From Ruminococcaceae bacterium UBA5401 (GTDB lineage Bacteria; Bacillota; Clostridia; Oscillospirales; Acutalibacteraceae): a stretch of DNA of 47,580 nt. The notes under the pieces were generated by a model. That model was not told the DNA's origin. It made no database searches and was given only the letters and a program-made list of their open reading frames with translations. The stretch covers positions 23,514 through 71,093 of the forward strand of contig DHOB01000082.1 of NCBI GenBank assembly GCA_002409675.1, read 5' to 3'. Numbering within the stretch: position 1 is the stretch's first letter; every line of letters begins with the position of its first letter. The translations under genes and the position numbers were made by a program. Shown here in pieces: positions 35,759 to 44,376 of the stretch.

Positions 35759-36967
35759 CTATTGTTCCGCCGTTCCCCGGCCGTCCATCAGGGCGTACAG
35801 TTTTTCGATTTCCCCTTCGTTGGAGGGGTCCTCCCGCGCGAGGGCGGCGGAAAATCTTTCCCTCAGGGCGGAGTCGGTGAGCAGCCTGTGCAGGCCGTTT
35901 TCCACCCCTTCGGGGGTCATCGGCACAATCAGGCCGTTCTCACCGGAAGAAATCTGGTCGGCCGCCGTGGAAAACGCGGTCAGCAGAATCGGGCGGCACA
36001 GGGCCTTGGCCTCGTCCACGGCGATGGCCTTGCCCTCGAAGCGGCTCGGCTGCAGGTACACGTCGCAGTCTTTGAGGAACGGATAGGGGTTCGCGCGCTC
36101 GCCGAGGAAGACCACCTGCTCCCGCACGCCGAGCTGCTCCGCCGTTTTGCGGAGCTTTTCTTCCTCCGGCCCGACGCCGATGATGTACCACCGGAACGAG
36201 AGGCCGCCCCGCAGCAGCGCAGCCACGGCCGGCAGGGCGATGTCCAGCCCCTTCTGGTGCGAAAGGCGGGCGATGGAAAGCACGCGCGGGCCGTCGAAGC
36301 CGTCGGCATAGCCGGGGCCCTCTTCCGCCAGCGAGCGCAGGAAGCCGGCCGAAAGGATGTTGTAAATCAGGCGGCACCGGCCCGCGTATCCCGGGAAGGC
36401 CCGTTTCAGCGCCGAAAGGCAGGATTCCGAAACCGTGCAGAGGAAGTCCAGCTTCCCGATGAAGGGCAGGTCGTATTCCCGGCACAGGCCCATCGCCCCG
36501 TAATCGCCGTGGATGAACCCGATTTTGACGTCGCTTTCGACTTTCGTCACGTTGTAATAGAGGGGCTGCCCTTCCATGAACGCGACCGCGGCGTCGTACC
36601 GCCGGCGCGCCGGGCGCAGGAAGAGGCGCTCCACCTTCCACATCTTCGCAAGCCGCCGCCCCATGGTGCCGCGCAGGCCGGCGAGGCTGACCAGCAGCCG
36701 GCCGAGCGCCAGCAGCGGGTGCCCCCCGCGCAGCAGGGCGGGAAAGGCCCGGCGGATGTTCCCCCCGTATTCCGCGGGGAAAAGCGGCGGCAGCAGACGG
36801 ACCTGCGGGGGCACGCGGCTGAGGAAAAGGCCCTCGTCGAGAAAAAGCTGCAGGTCCACCTCATACCGGCTGTAGTCGAAAAGCGACAGAATCGTCACGA
36901 GGCTCTTTTCGACCCCGCCGCTGTGCAGGCTGTAGTTGATAAAAAGGACACGCTTTTTTTTCGGCAT
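35759..36967 (-). CDS. Glycosyltransferase, GT4 family
   Basis: SGGVEKSL, FIHGDY, IARLSHQKG, NPYPF, PSRFEGKAIAVDEA (EX7E); start MPKKK after GGGAG. Confidence 0.9.
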   Translation of the reverse strand: MPKKKRVLFINYSLHSGGVEKSLVTILSLFDYSRYEVDLQLFLDEGLFLSRVPPQVRLLPPLFPAEYGGNIRRAFPALLRGGHPLLALGRLLVSLAGLRGTMGRRLAKMWKVERLFLRPARRRYDAAVAFMEGQPLYYNVTKVESDVKIGFIHGDYGAMGLCREYDLPFIGKLDFLCTVSESCLSALKRAFPGYAGRCRLIYNILSAGFLRSLAEEGPGYADGFDGPRVLSIARLSHQKGLDIALPAVAALLRGGLSFRWYIIGVGPEEEKLRKTAEQLGVREQVVFLGERANPYPFLKDCDVYLQPSRFEGKAIAVDEAKALCRPILLTAFSTAADQISSGENGLIVPMTPEGVENGLHRLLTDSALRERFSAALAREDPSNEGEIEKLYALMDGRGTAEQ

Positions 36968-36986
36968 TCCGCTCCCATCCAATCTT

Positions 36987-38051
36987 TCACCCGCGGCTTG
37001 TCCGCTTCCGCAGCATGCGGGAATAAATCCGGTAGAACAGATACACCGGCGCCGTGAAGCGCAGGCGCAGGACGTGCAGCACGACGCGGTCCGCCCGCGA
37101 GCCGCGGCTGAGGTAATCCGACCGCGCGGCCCTGCGCAGGAGGGGGCTTTTCAGAATGCCGCGCACCTCGCGCCAGCGCCCCCGGAAGCCCGCCGGATTT
37201 TTGGGGCTGAAGCAGTTGACCAGCGAGGAATGGGCCGCGCTGCGCAGGAACCACGCGAGGTGGCGCTGCTCGTACTGCTCCGCCCGCCCCTGCGAGCGGA
37301 GAATCCGCTCCACCAGCGAGAAGCACGCGGTCAGCATCTCCATCCTGTGCGGGCGGTACCGCGTGCTGAGGGAATCCGGGTTCCAGCGGTAATGGTAGTA
37401 GGCGCCGCCCACCACGAGCAGCCGCCGGGCGACGCAGTGCGCATAGAGCGAGGCGGGCAGGTCCTCCAGCATGATCTTCCGCTCGTCGCCGAACGCGATG
37501 CCGTTTTCCACAAACCAGCTCCGCAGGTACATCCGCCGCCACGCGCTGCCCAGCATCTCGGCGTCTTTCCACGGCCCGTCCTCCGCGTCCGGCCCGACCA
37601 GCTCGGCGATGATGCGCTCGCCGGCCTGCCGGCCGAACTCCGGGTACCGCAGCGGCAGGCGGCAGACGCGGCTGCCGGGCCCCGCCGCATTCTCCCGGAC
37701 ATAGTTGAAGACGACCAGGTCGGCGCGGTAGGCCTGCGCGAAAGAGAACAGGTCGCGCAGCATGTCCTCCTCCACCCAGTCGTCGGAATCCACGAACAGA
37801 AGGTATTTGCCCGTCGCGCGCCGCGCGCCGTAGTTGCGGGTATCCCCCAGGCCGCCGTGGGGCTTGTCGAAGATTTTGACGCGCCGGTCGAAGCCGTACT
37901 TCCGCGCGACCTCCAGCGAGCCGTCGGTGGAGGCGTCGTTGACCAGCAGAAGCTCAAAATCGGCGAAGCTCTGCGCCAGGATGCTCTTGACGCACTGGTC
38001 CAGATACCGCTCCACATTGTAGACCGGAACGACGATGCTGATCTGCGGCAC
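36987..38051 (-). CDS. Glycosyltransferase, GT2 family
   Basis: GTG start after GGAGG; ISIVVPVYNVERYL, VNDASTD, FVDSDD (DxD), ED motif. Confidence 0.92.
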   Translation of the reverse strand: MPQISIVVPVYNVERYLDQCVKSILAQSFADFELLLVNDASTDGSLEVARKYGFDRRVKIFDKPHGGLGDTRNYGARRATGKYLLFVDSDDWVEEDMLRDLFSFAQAYRADLVVFNYVRENAAGPGSRVCRLPLRYPEFGRQAGERIIAELVGPDAEDGPWKDAEMLGSAWRRMYLRSWFVENGIAFGDERKIMLEDLPASLYAHCVARRLLVVGGAYYHYRWNPDSLSTRYRPHRMEMLTACFSLVERILRSQGRAEQYEQRHLAWFLRSAAHSSLVNCFSPKNPAGFRGRWREVRGILKSPLLRRAARSDYLSRGSRADRVVLHVLRLRFTAPVYLFYRIYSRMLRKRTSRG

Positions 38052-38154
38052 AGCCAGACCTCCCGTCCTCCGCAGCGATAGTCCCCGGAAAGGCGCCGCG
38101 CCCGTGCGGGGCGCGGCAGCTTCCCTCCGAAAAAAGCCAACCGAAACGCGGTTT

Positions 38155-38244
38155 ATTATATCATCTTCCCGCGCAAAATACAAGGACGGGGCGGGCCGCC
38201 GGGCCCGCCCCGCGGTTGAAAAGCAAAGCCCGATATGCTATGCT
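38155..38244. promoter_or_regulatory. Divergent SigA promoters between GT2 (-) and GT4 (+)
   Basis: Minus: TTGTAT (38178-38183), 17 bp, TGn-TATAAT (38155-38160). Plus: TTGAAA (38216-38221), 17 bp, TGn-TATGCT (38239-38244). A GC hairpin lies between them. Confidence 0.65.
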
Positions 38245-38273
38245 TAGGGCATCAGAAACGGAGCGGGGAAAAC

Positions 38274-39527
38274 ATGAGCAACTGTCTTGTGATGCTGACC
38301 AAGCGCTACCCCTACGGCATCGGGGAAGAATTCATCGAAAACGAGCTGCCCGTCGTCGCGCGGGAATTCGACCGGGTGATTCTGATTGCGACCTCGGTCT
38401 CCGGGCCGGCCGTGCCGACCCGGGCGGTGCCCGGCAACGTCGAGCCCCACGCGGTTGACGCCGGCCGCATCCGCCGGAGCGTCCCCTTCGCGGCCCTCGG
38501 GCCCGCGCTGGCCCCGCCGAAGGAGGCCTACGGTCCCGCGGAGCGCGCGGCGGTCGCACACTCGCCGCTGCGGCGCCTGTTTTTCGCCTACTTTGCCGCA
38601 AAGGGAAGGGCCGTTGCCAAGGCGGCGGCCGCCGTTCTCGCGGGCGCCGGTTTCTCGCGGGGCGACCGGGTCGTGTTTTACAGCTACTGGCTCTACGACA
38701 CCGCCGCCGCCGCGGTGGGCCTGCGCGAAGCCTGCCGGGCCGGGCAGACGCGCGCCGTGAGCCGCGCCCACCGCTACGACCTGTACCCCTCCAAAAACCC
38801 GCTCGGGTACCTGCCGATGCGCCCCTACCTGCTCAAAAATCTCGACGCGGTCTTTCCCTGCTCGACGGACGGCGCCCGCCTGCTCCGGCAGACCTGCCCC
38901 GAATACGCCGGCAAAGTGCGGACCGCCTACCTTGGCACACGGGATTTCGGCGCCGGCCCGCAAAACAGGGGCGGCGCTTTCCATATCGTGAGCTGCTGCC
39001 ACATCGCCCCGGTCAAGCGCGTGGACCTGCTGGCCCGCTCCCTCGCGCGGCTGGCTGGCGACGGGCTCGCTCTGAAGTGGACGCATTTCGGGGCGGGCGA
39101 CGGGCTGGAGGAGCTGAAACAGTACGCGGCGCAGAACCTCGGCTTTATGAAATGCCGTTTCGCCGGCGAGGTGAAAAACAGGGAGCTGATGGACTTCTAC
39201 GCCAGGACCCCGGTGGACTGCTTCGTGAACACCAGCAGCTCGGAGGGGCTGCCCGTCAGCATCATGGAGGCGTGCTCGTTCGGAATCCCCGTGCTGGCCA
39301 CGGACGTGGGCGGGACTTCCGAAATCGTGCGGGAAGGAAAAAACGGCTTCCTTTTAAAGCCGGATTTCGCACCCGGGGAACTGGCGCAGAGAATCCGGGA
39401 ACTCATCCGGATGCCGCAGAGCGAAAAGCAGGCGCTGCGCGGCGCCTCCCGGCAAATCTGGCAGGACAATTTCTGCTCCGAGACCAACTACCGGAAATTC
39501 GCCCGGGCGCTGCTCTCCGGATTCTAA
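38274..39527 (+). CDS. Glycosyltransferase, GT4 family (paralogue of 43162-44376)
   Basis: YPYGIGEEF, YSYW, SRAHRYD, PVKR, SEGLPVSIMEA (EX7E), TDVGGTSEIV; the only plus-strand gene. Confidence 0.9.
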   Translation: MSNCLVMLTKRYPYGIGEEFIENELPVVAREFDRVILIATSVSGPAVPTRAVPGNVEPHAVDAGRIRRSVPFAALGPALAPPKEAYGPAERAAVAHSPLRRLFFAYFAAKGRAVAKAAAAVLAGAGFSRGDRVVFYSYWLYDTAAAAVGLREACRAGQTRAVSRAHRYDLYPSKNPLGYLPMRPYLLKNLDAVFPCSTDGARLLRQTCPEYAGKVRTAYLGTRDFGAGPQNRGGAFHIVSCCHIAPVKRVDLLARSLARLAGDGLALKWTHFGAGDGLEELKQYAAQNLGFMKCRFAGEVKNRELMDFYARTPVDCFVNTSSSEGLPVSIMEACSFGIPVLATDVGGTSEIVREGKNGFLLKPDFAPGELAQRIRELIRMPQSEKQALRGASRQIWQDNFCSETNYRKFARALLSGF

Positions 39528-39532
39528 AGTCC

Positions 39533-39580
39533 ACGGGAGGGGCCGCCCCGGCGCAGATGCGCCGGGGCGGCCCCTCCCGT
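39533..39580. repeat. Perfect 23-bp inverted repeat between convergent genes
   Basis: ACGGGAGGGGCCGCCCCGGCGCA-GA-TGCGCCGGGGCGGCCCCTCCCGT. Confidence 0.85.
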
Positions 39581-39594
39581 ATCTTCCCATGGGG

Positions 39595-39975
39595 TCAGAA
39601 GATATTTTTCACGTCCGGGATTTCGGATTCCGCCATATAATCGAACTGGGCGAGGACCTTGTCGCAGTCCGAGAGGAACTGGTCCTTCGCCCCGTTGCGG
39701 CAAAGCTCCGGCAGGCCGCAGAGAAGCTGGTCGACCTCGCTCAGCGTGGTGTGCTCCATATAGGCGCAGAGCACGGGGTGCGCATCCTTCCAGGCCTGCG
39801 ACGCCTGCCGGCTCAGCCGCAGGGCGCTTTTTTCGTCGCCCGTCTCCTGCGCGTCCTTGGCCTGCTCCACGACCTGCGCCATCTGGGCCGTGACCCTGCG
39901 GGTATGGAGGATGCCGAACACGGAGACCAGAATCACCACGACGAGCAGCGCCAGCGCACACCATACGCGTTTCAT
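39595..39975 (-). CDS. DUF4363-like membrane-anchored protein
   Basis: N-terminal TM, helical domain with W...H..L.E pattern; ATGA overlap with the DUF421 gene, a pairing familiar from Clostridia. Confidence 0.7.
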   Translation of the reverse strand: MKRVWCALALLVVVILVSVFGILHTRRVTAQMAQVVEQAKDAQETGDEKSALRLSRQASQAWKDAHPVLCAYMEHTTLSEVDQLLCGLPELCRNGAKDQFLSDCDKVLAQFDYMAESEIPDVKNIF

Positions 39976-40649
39976 TTGCCCTCATCCTTCCTCACGATAA
40001 AATAATCGCCTTTCATGTCGGCGGTCATCAGAAAGATGTCGGGCAGAAGAAGCCCCTCTTTGTTCAGGACCCCTTCGACCCAGGCCCTGTTTTTGCCGCT
40101 GAGGGCAAGTGAAACGTCCGAAATCACGCCGTCGCTCACGACGACGGTCTCAAGCCCGGTATCCGGCGGGACAACGTTGAGCATCCCGGCGGTGGGCTGC
40201 TCTTTGTCCGGTTTTTTAATCACGCTCAGCTTGCCGTTGGTCTCCACAATCGCATACGCGACGTCCTGGATGCTGAACACGTCCTTCTGGCGAAGCTGCT
40301 CGCAGAGGTCCTCCGTCGTCATGCGCAGGCGGCGCATCTCACTCTGCTGGATTTTTCCGTTGTAAATCACGATGATGGGGCGGCCGCAGATGAGCTTTCG
40401 GAACAGCCCGTTTTTCACCATCAGGCCGGAGGCGAAAATCTCGCATATCACAAGCACCGCAATCGGCACCAGGCCGCCGACAAGGGGCTTGCCCGTGTCC
40501 TGCATCGGGACGGACGCGAGGTTTGAAATCAGCAGCGTGACGACCAGCTCGCTGGTCTGGAGCTCGCTGATCTGCCGTTTTCCCATCAGCCTGACCGCTG
40601 CCACCACCACTATGTACAGCAGCAGGGTGCGTACAAAGGAGATTGCCAT
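39972..40649 (-). CDS. DUF421 (YetF family) membrane protein
   Basis: RLMGKRQISEL, three TM helices, GRPIIVIYNGKI, QLRQKD, AIVETNGKLSV. Confidence 0.9.
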   Translation of the reverse strand: MAISFVRTLLLYIVVVAAVRLMGKRQISELQTSELVVTLLISNLASVPMQDTGKPLVGGLVPIAVLVICEIFASGLMVKNGLFRKLICGRPIIVIYNGKIQQSEMRRLRMTTEDLCEQLRQKDVFSIQDVAYAIVETNGKLSVIKKPDKEQPTAGMLNVVPPDTGLETVVVSDGVISDVSLALSGKNRAWVEGVLNKEGLLLPDIFLMTADMKGDYFIVRKDEGK

Positions 40650-40718
40650 CTTTTATCACCGCCGTTTAGTATCTTCCGGAAAACGGCGATTATACCACGC
40701 CCCTGCACCGCAGGAAGG

Positions 40719-41972
40719 CTATGCGTCGGTCGTCACAAAGCCCGCGAGCCGGCCCCCCGCCACCGCGATGCGGCGGCAGGCCTCTTTCATGCTCTGGAAC
40801 GGCGTCGAGCCGTAGCGGATGGTGAGAATCACGGCCTGGGAGCGCCCGGCGAGGTTCTCGGCGTCCGGGTAGTCGGCGTCGGCCGGCGCGCAGAGGACCA
40901 CATAGTCGTAGCGCCCGGCGGCGTCGGCCAGCAGCTTCCGGAACTTTTCGCCCGCAAACAGATCCGCGGGGCTGGCGTCTTTCACCGGCGAGCCGGCAAG
41001 GACGCTGAGCCCAGGCTGCGAGGGGACGGCGGCCGCGGCCTGCTCCAGCGGGCAGGAGCCGCCCAGCACGTCGGCGAGCGTTTTGCCGGCCGCAAGACCC
41101 GCCCGCGAAGCAAGCTGCGGGTCGTGCAGGTCCGCGTCGACCGCCAGCACCGTTTTGCCCGTCTGGGCGAGCGAGGCGGCAAAGCCCGCCGCCACGGCGT
41201 CCCCGCCGTCCCCGCTGCAGACGCCCGTGACCAGGAAAATCCCGGCGTCCGGGGCCTGGTGCAGCGCCGCGGAGCGCATCCGGCGGAACGCATCGCCGCT
41301 GTTGCCGGCCGGGATTTCGGCGAGCAGGCTCGTCTTCAGCGCTTCCTCCGCAAAGCGGCTGTTGCGGACCGTGTGGTCGCTCAGGACCCGGATGATGCCG
41401 TAGCACAGCGAAAGGACGAAGCCGAGGAGCAGTCCCAGGATTCCGGACTTCACCATGGCCGATTTTTTCGACTGCGGCTTCGCGGGAATGGAGGGATCGC
41501 TGATTCTCGCCGTGAGCTTCGGCGACGGGAACTGCTTCTCCATATCGTCGGCGAGAAGCTGCGCGGCCGTGTCGGAGAGAAGGGCGGCCTTGCCCGCGTT
41601 GGAGGTGTAGACGGTCACCTTGACCACGGGCGAGGAGTTAAGTTGCTCGGCGGTGATCTTGCTGATGTCCGCTTCGTCCACGCCGCTCCGGCGGGCGGTT
41701 TCGGTCAGCAGCTTGTTCTCCTCCGCCAGCGCCACGGCGGCCTGCACCCGGCTGTAAAGGACGTTGGTGTACTGGAGCTGGTAGTCGCTTTCCGCATTTT
41801 CGGGGACCGGGCAGGTGAACGTGAGGGTGGTGTTCCCGCTGTAAGTGTGCTGGGCGAATTTGAGCGGAAGCAGGCCGCACACGATCCCCGCCGCAAGTAT
41901 CACCAGGATGAATTTTGGCCTGTTTCGCCGGAAATACCGGGCAATCTCTGAAAAACTCACAAACAGTTCCAT
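40719..41972 (-). CDS. Wzz/CapA-like polysaccharide co-polymerase fused to a degenerate BY-kinase (CpsD/CapB-like) domain
   Basis: Two TM helices around an extracellular loop; then DAFRRMRS, VTGVCSGDGGD (Walker A position), VDADL (Walker A'), YDYVVLCAP (Walker B position); GGAGG RBS. Confidence 0.85.
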   Translation of the reverse strand: MELFVSFSEIARYFRRNRPKFILVILAAGIVCGLLPLKFAQHTYSGNTTLTFTCPVPENAESDYQLQYTNVLYSRVQAAVALAEENKLLTETARRSGVDEADISKITAEQLNSSPVVKVTVYTSNAGKAALLSDTAAQLLADDMEKQFPSPKLTARISDPSIPAKPQSKKSAMVKSGILGLLLGFVLSLCYGIIRVLSDHTVRNSRFAEEALKTSLLAEIPAGNSGDAFRRMRSAALHQAPDAGIFLVTGVCSGDGGDAVAAGFAASLAQTGKTVLAVDADLHDPQLASRAGLAAGKTLADVLGGSCPLEQAAAAVPSQPGLSVLAGSPVKDASPADLFAGEKFRKLLADAAGRYDYVVLCAPADADYPDAENLAGRSQAVILTIRYGSTPFQSMKEACRRIAVAGGRLAGFVTTDA

Positions 41973-41992
41973 CGGTAAGCCTCCTAATGTTT

Positions 41993-43165
41993 TTAAACCG
42001 CAGCGGCCTGTGCAAAATCGAGCACGCGCTTCATGATGTTTTTCCAGTCGTAATGCTCCCGCGCAAACGCTCTCTCCCGCTCTGAAATTTCGGGGTGGCG
42101 GCGGCAGTTTTCCGCAAAGCGCACCACGGCGTCCATATCCACGGGGGAGGGGTCGTTGGGCAGCTTCAGCGCGAACGGGGCGTCCGGGGGCAGGGCGTCC
42201 TCATAGGCGTAGAGGAACGGAAGGCCCCTGGCGCAGTATTCCCTGGCCTTGAGCGACGAGCACGACCGAAGGCCGCGCCGATAGCACCCCAGCGTGGAGA
42301 CGCCCAGGTCGGCGCGTGCATAGGAAGCGTCCAGCGCCTTCCCGCTCTGAAAGCCGGGGCATTCCACGCTGTCTTCCAGCCCGTACCGGCGCACCAGGCT
42401 CAAAAATTCCGGCATTTCCTTCCTGTCCCCGCCCACCAGGATGAACCGGATGTTCGGGCCCGCCGCCGGTTTTTCTTTTTGATACCGGTGCATGCCGGCC
42501 AGAACGCGGTCGTACCCCTGCCACCAGAGGGTCCCCGCCACGCCGATCAGCACGAGTTCGCGCGGGTTGTTCTTCGGGGGGACGGCGCTCATGGCATCCA
42601 CGTCGACCCCGTTGCTGATATTGATGGCTTTTACGCCGAAAAAGCGGTCCGCGCGGTTGCCGATCAGCACGGCGGCGTCCACCAGCCTGCGCAGGCCCAA
42701 CGCCGAAAGACGGTCTTCGGCCACGGTGCCGAGGATGCGGAGCCTCACCGCCAGGCGTCTGGAAAGCGGCCGGACCCCGTCGGCGCTCCCGATATAATCC
42801 CGCAGATACGGGTAATTCGGCAGCTCTATCACCACGGTCTTCGCGCCGTTGGCCCTGGCCGCCCGGCACAGGCGCAGAACGTCAAAGCTGATCCGGTCCA
42901 GGCGCAGATAGAGCACGTCGAACGGATGGGAATTCAGGTACAGCCGGGCGGCCTCTGAAAATTTCCGCATCATGCCGTGCCCGCCGGAGATGGTCTTCGC
43001 CTCGGCCCCGCCTTTTGTAATGAAGCGGAAGGAGCGGCCGCTCCATAAGGTATAGGTCACGTCGAACCCGAGCTTTCGGAACGCCTCCGCCTGCCAGCCG
43101 ATTTTCCGGACGACGCCCAGGTAGAGCGGAGCCTCCTCCTGAAAAGTCAGGTACATCAGTTTCAT
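41993..43165 (-). CDS. Glycosyltransferase, GT-B fold (GT4-like)
   Basis: GVVRKI, IELPNYPY, ISNGVD, WQGYDR, SSLKAREYCARGLP, AREHYDW. Confidence 0.85.
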   Translation of the reverse strand: MKLMYLTFQEEAPLYLGVVRKIGWQAEAFRKLGFDVTYTLWSGRSFRFITKGGAEAKTISGGHGMMRKFSEAARLYLNSHPFDVLYLRLDRISFDVLRLCRAARANGAKTVVIELPNYPYLRDYIGSADGVRPLSRRLAVRLRILGTVAEDRLSALGLRRLVDAAVLIGNRADRFFGVKAINISNGVDVDAMSAVPPKNNPRELVLIGVAGTLWWQGYDRVLAGMHRYQKEKPAAGPNIRFILVGGDRKEMPEFLSLVRRYGLEDSVECPGFQSGKALDASYARADLGVSTLGCYRRGLRSCSSLKAREYCARGLPFLYAYEDALPPDAPFALKLPNDPSPVDMDAVVRFAENCRRHPEISERERAFAREHYDWKNIMKRVLDFAQAAAV

Positions 43166-44376
43166 CTTCCGATCTCCCCGTAAAACCTGTCATAATTTTT
43201 CGCCGCGTCGAATTTCTCCTCCCAGATTCCGCGCGACCGGGCGCAGAGGGAACGGTACTCCTCCTCTTTCATCGCGCGGATGCGGCGCAGGGCGTCCAGA
43301 AACATCCGCGGCGTAAAATCCGCCGGCAGCAGAAAGCCGTTGGCCCCGTCGGACACAATCTCCCCCGTCCCGCCGACCCCGGTCGCAAGAATCGGAAAAC
43401 CGAACGAGCAGGCCTCCATCATCGAGACCGAAATCCCTTCGCTGGCGCTCACGTTGAGGAACACGGAGACGGAGGTTTTTTTGTAGTAGCCGAGAATCTC
43501 CTCATTCCGGCGCTGCCCCAGGAACTCCGCGCGCACATGGGGCGGGAACCGCTCCGCAAGTGCGCGGACCCGCCCTTCCTCCGGGCCGGAGCCGAGGTGC
43601 GTCCAGAGCACCGGGAAATCCGCCTGCCGCAGGGCCTGCGCAATCAGATGGAGCCGCTTGACCGGCACCATGTAAGAGCAGGAGACCACGTGGAACGGCT
43701 CGCGCGCACACCGGCCAGGGCCGCAGTCCCGCGTGCCGAGGTACGCCGTTTTTATCTTTGCGGCATCCTGCGGGAACTCCGCCCGGAGCGTCCGCGCGCC
43801 GTCCTGCGAGCATGCGTAGACCCGCCCCACACGGCGGAGCAGAAAGGGCCGCATGGGGAGGTAGCCGTATTTTGCCCGCTCGGGGTGGATGTCGAACCCG
43901 TGCGCGCGCGAAATCTGCCGGACCGCGGCGCCCTTGCGGCGCAGAAAGCGGGCGAACAGCGCGCCCGCCGCCGCCGCGTCGTAGAACCAGTAGCTGTAAA
44001 TGACGACCTCGTCCGCCGCGGGCAGCGGAAGGCGCCTGAGCCCGCGGAAAATGCGGTCCGCGTTCTTCATGAAGAACAGCAGCTCGTGCAGGCGGCCTGC
44101 GGTGAGCCGGCGCGCGCGCAGCAGCCGGAAAGCCTCGCCGAGGACGCAGGGGCGCGCCCCCACGCGCAGGTATGCCGCGCGGCCCGACTTCACGGCGGGC
44201 AGGGGGACGTATTCCGCCCCGCGGGGAACCGCCCGCGTCGGCGCGCCGCCCGCGCCGGCGCCGCAGGGACACACCAGAATGCGGTCGAACCCGCGCGCCC
44301 GCTCCAGCTCCGCCGAAAGGAACTCCTCCCCCTTTCCGCAGGGAAAGGCCGTTGTCAGCAAAAGCAGAATCTTCAC
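43162..44376 (-). CDS. Glycosyltransferase, GT4 family (paralogue of 38274-39527)
   Basis: GTG start overlaps the wzy stop; FPCGKGEEF, YSYW, SRAHGFD, PVKR, SEGISVSMMEA (EX7E). Confidence 0.9.
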   Translation of the reverse strand: MKILLLLTTAFPCGKGEEFLSAELERARGFDRILVCPCGAGAGGAPTRAVPRGAEYVPLPAVKSGRAAYLRVGARPCVLGEAFRLLRARRLTAGRLHELLFFMKNADRIFRGLRRLPLPAADEVVIYSYWFYDAAAAGALFARFLRRKGAAVRQISRAHGFDIHPERAKYGYLPMRPFLLRRVGRVYACSQDGARTLRAEFPQDAAKIKTAYLGTRDCGPGRCAREPFHVVSCSYMVPVKRLHLIAQALRQADFPVLWTHLGSGPEEGRVRALAERFPPHVRAEFLGQRRNEEILGYYKKTSVSVFLNVSASEGISVSMMEACSFGFPILATGVGGTGEIVSDGANGFLLPADFTPRMFLDALRRIRAMKEEEYRSLCARSRGIWEEKFDAAKNYDRFYGEIGR

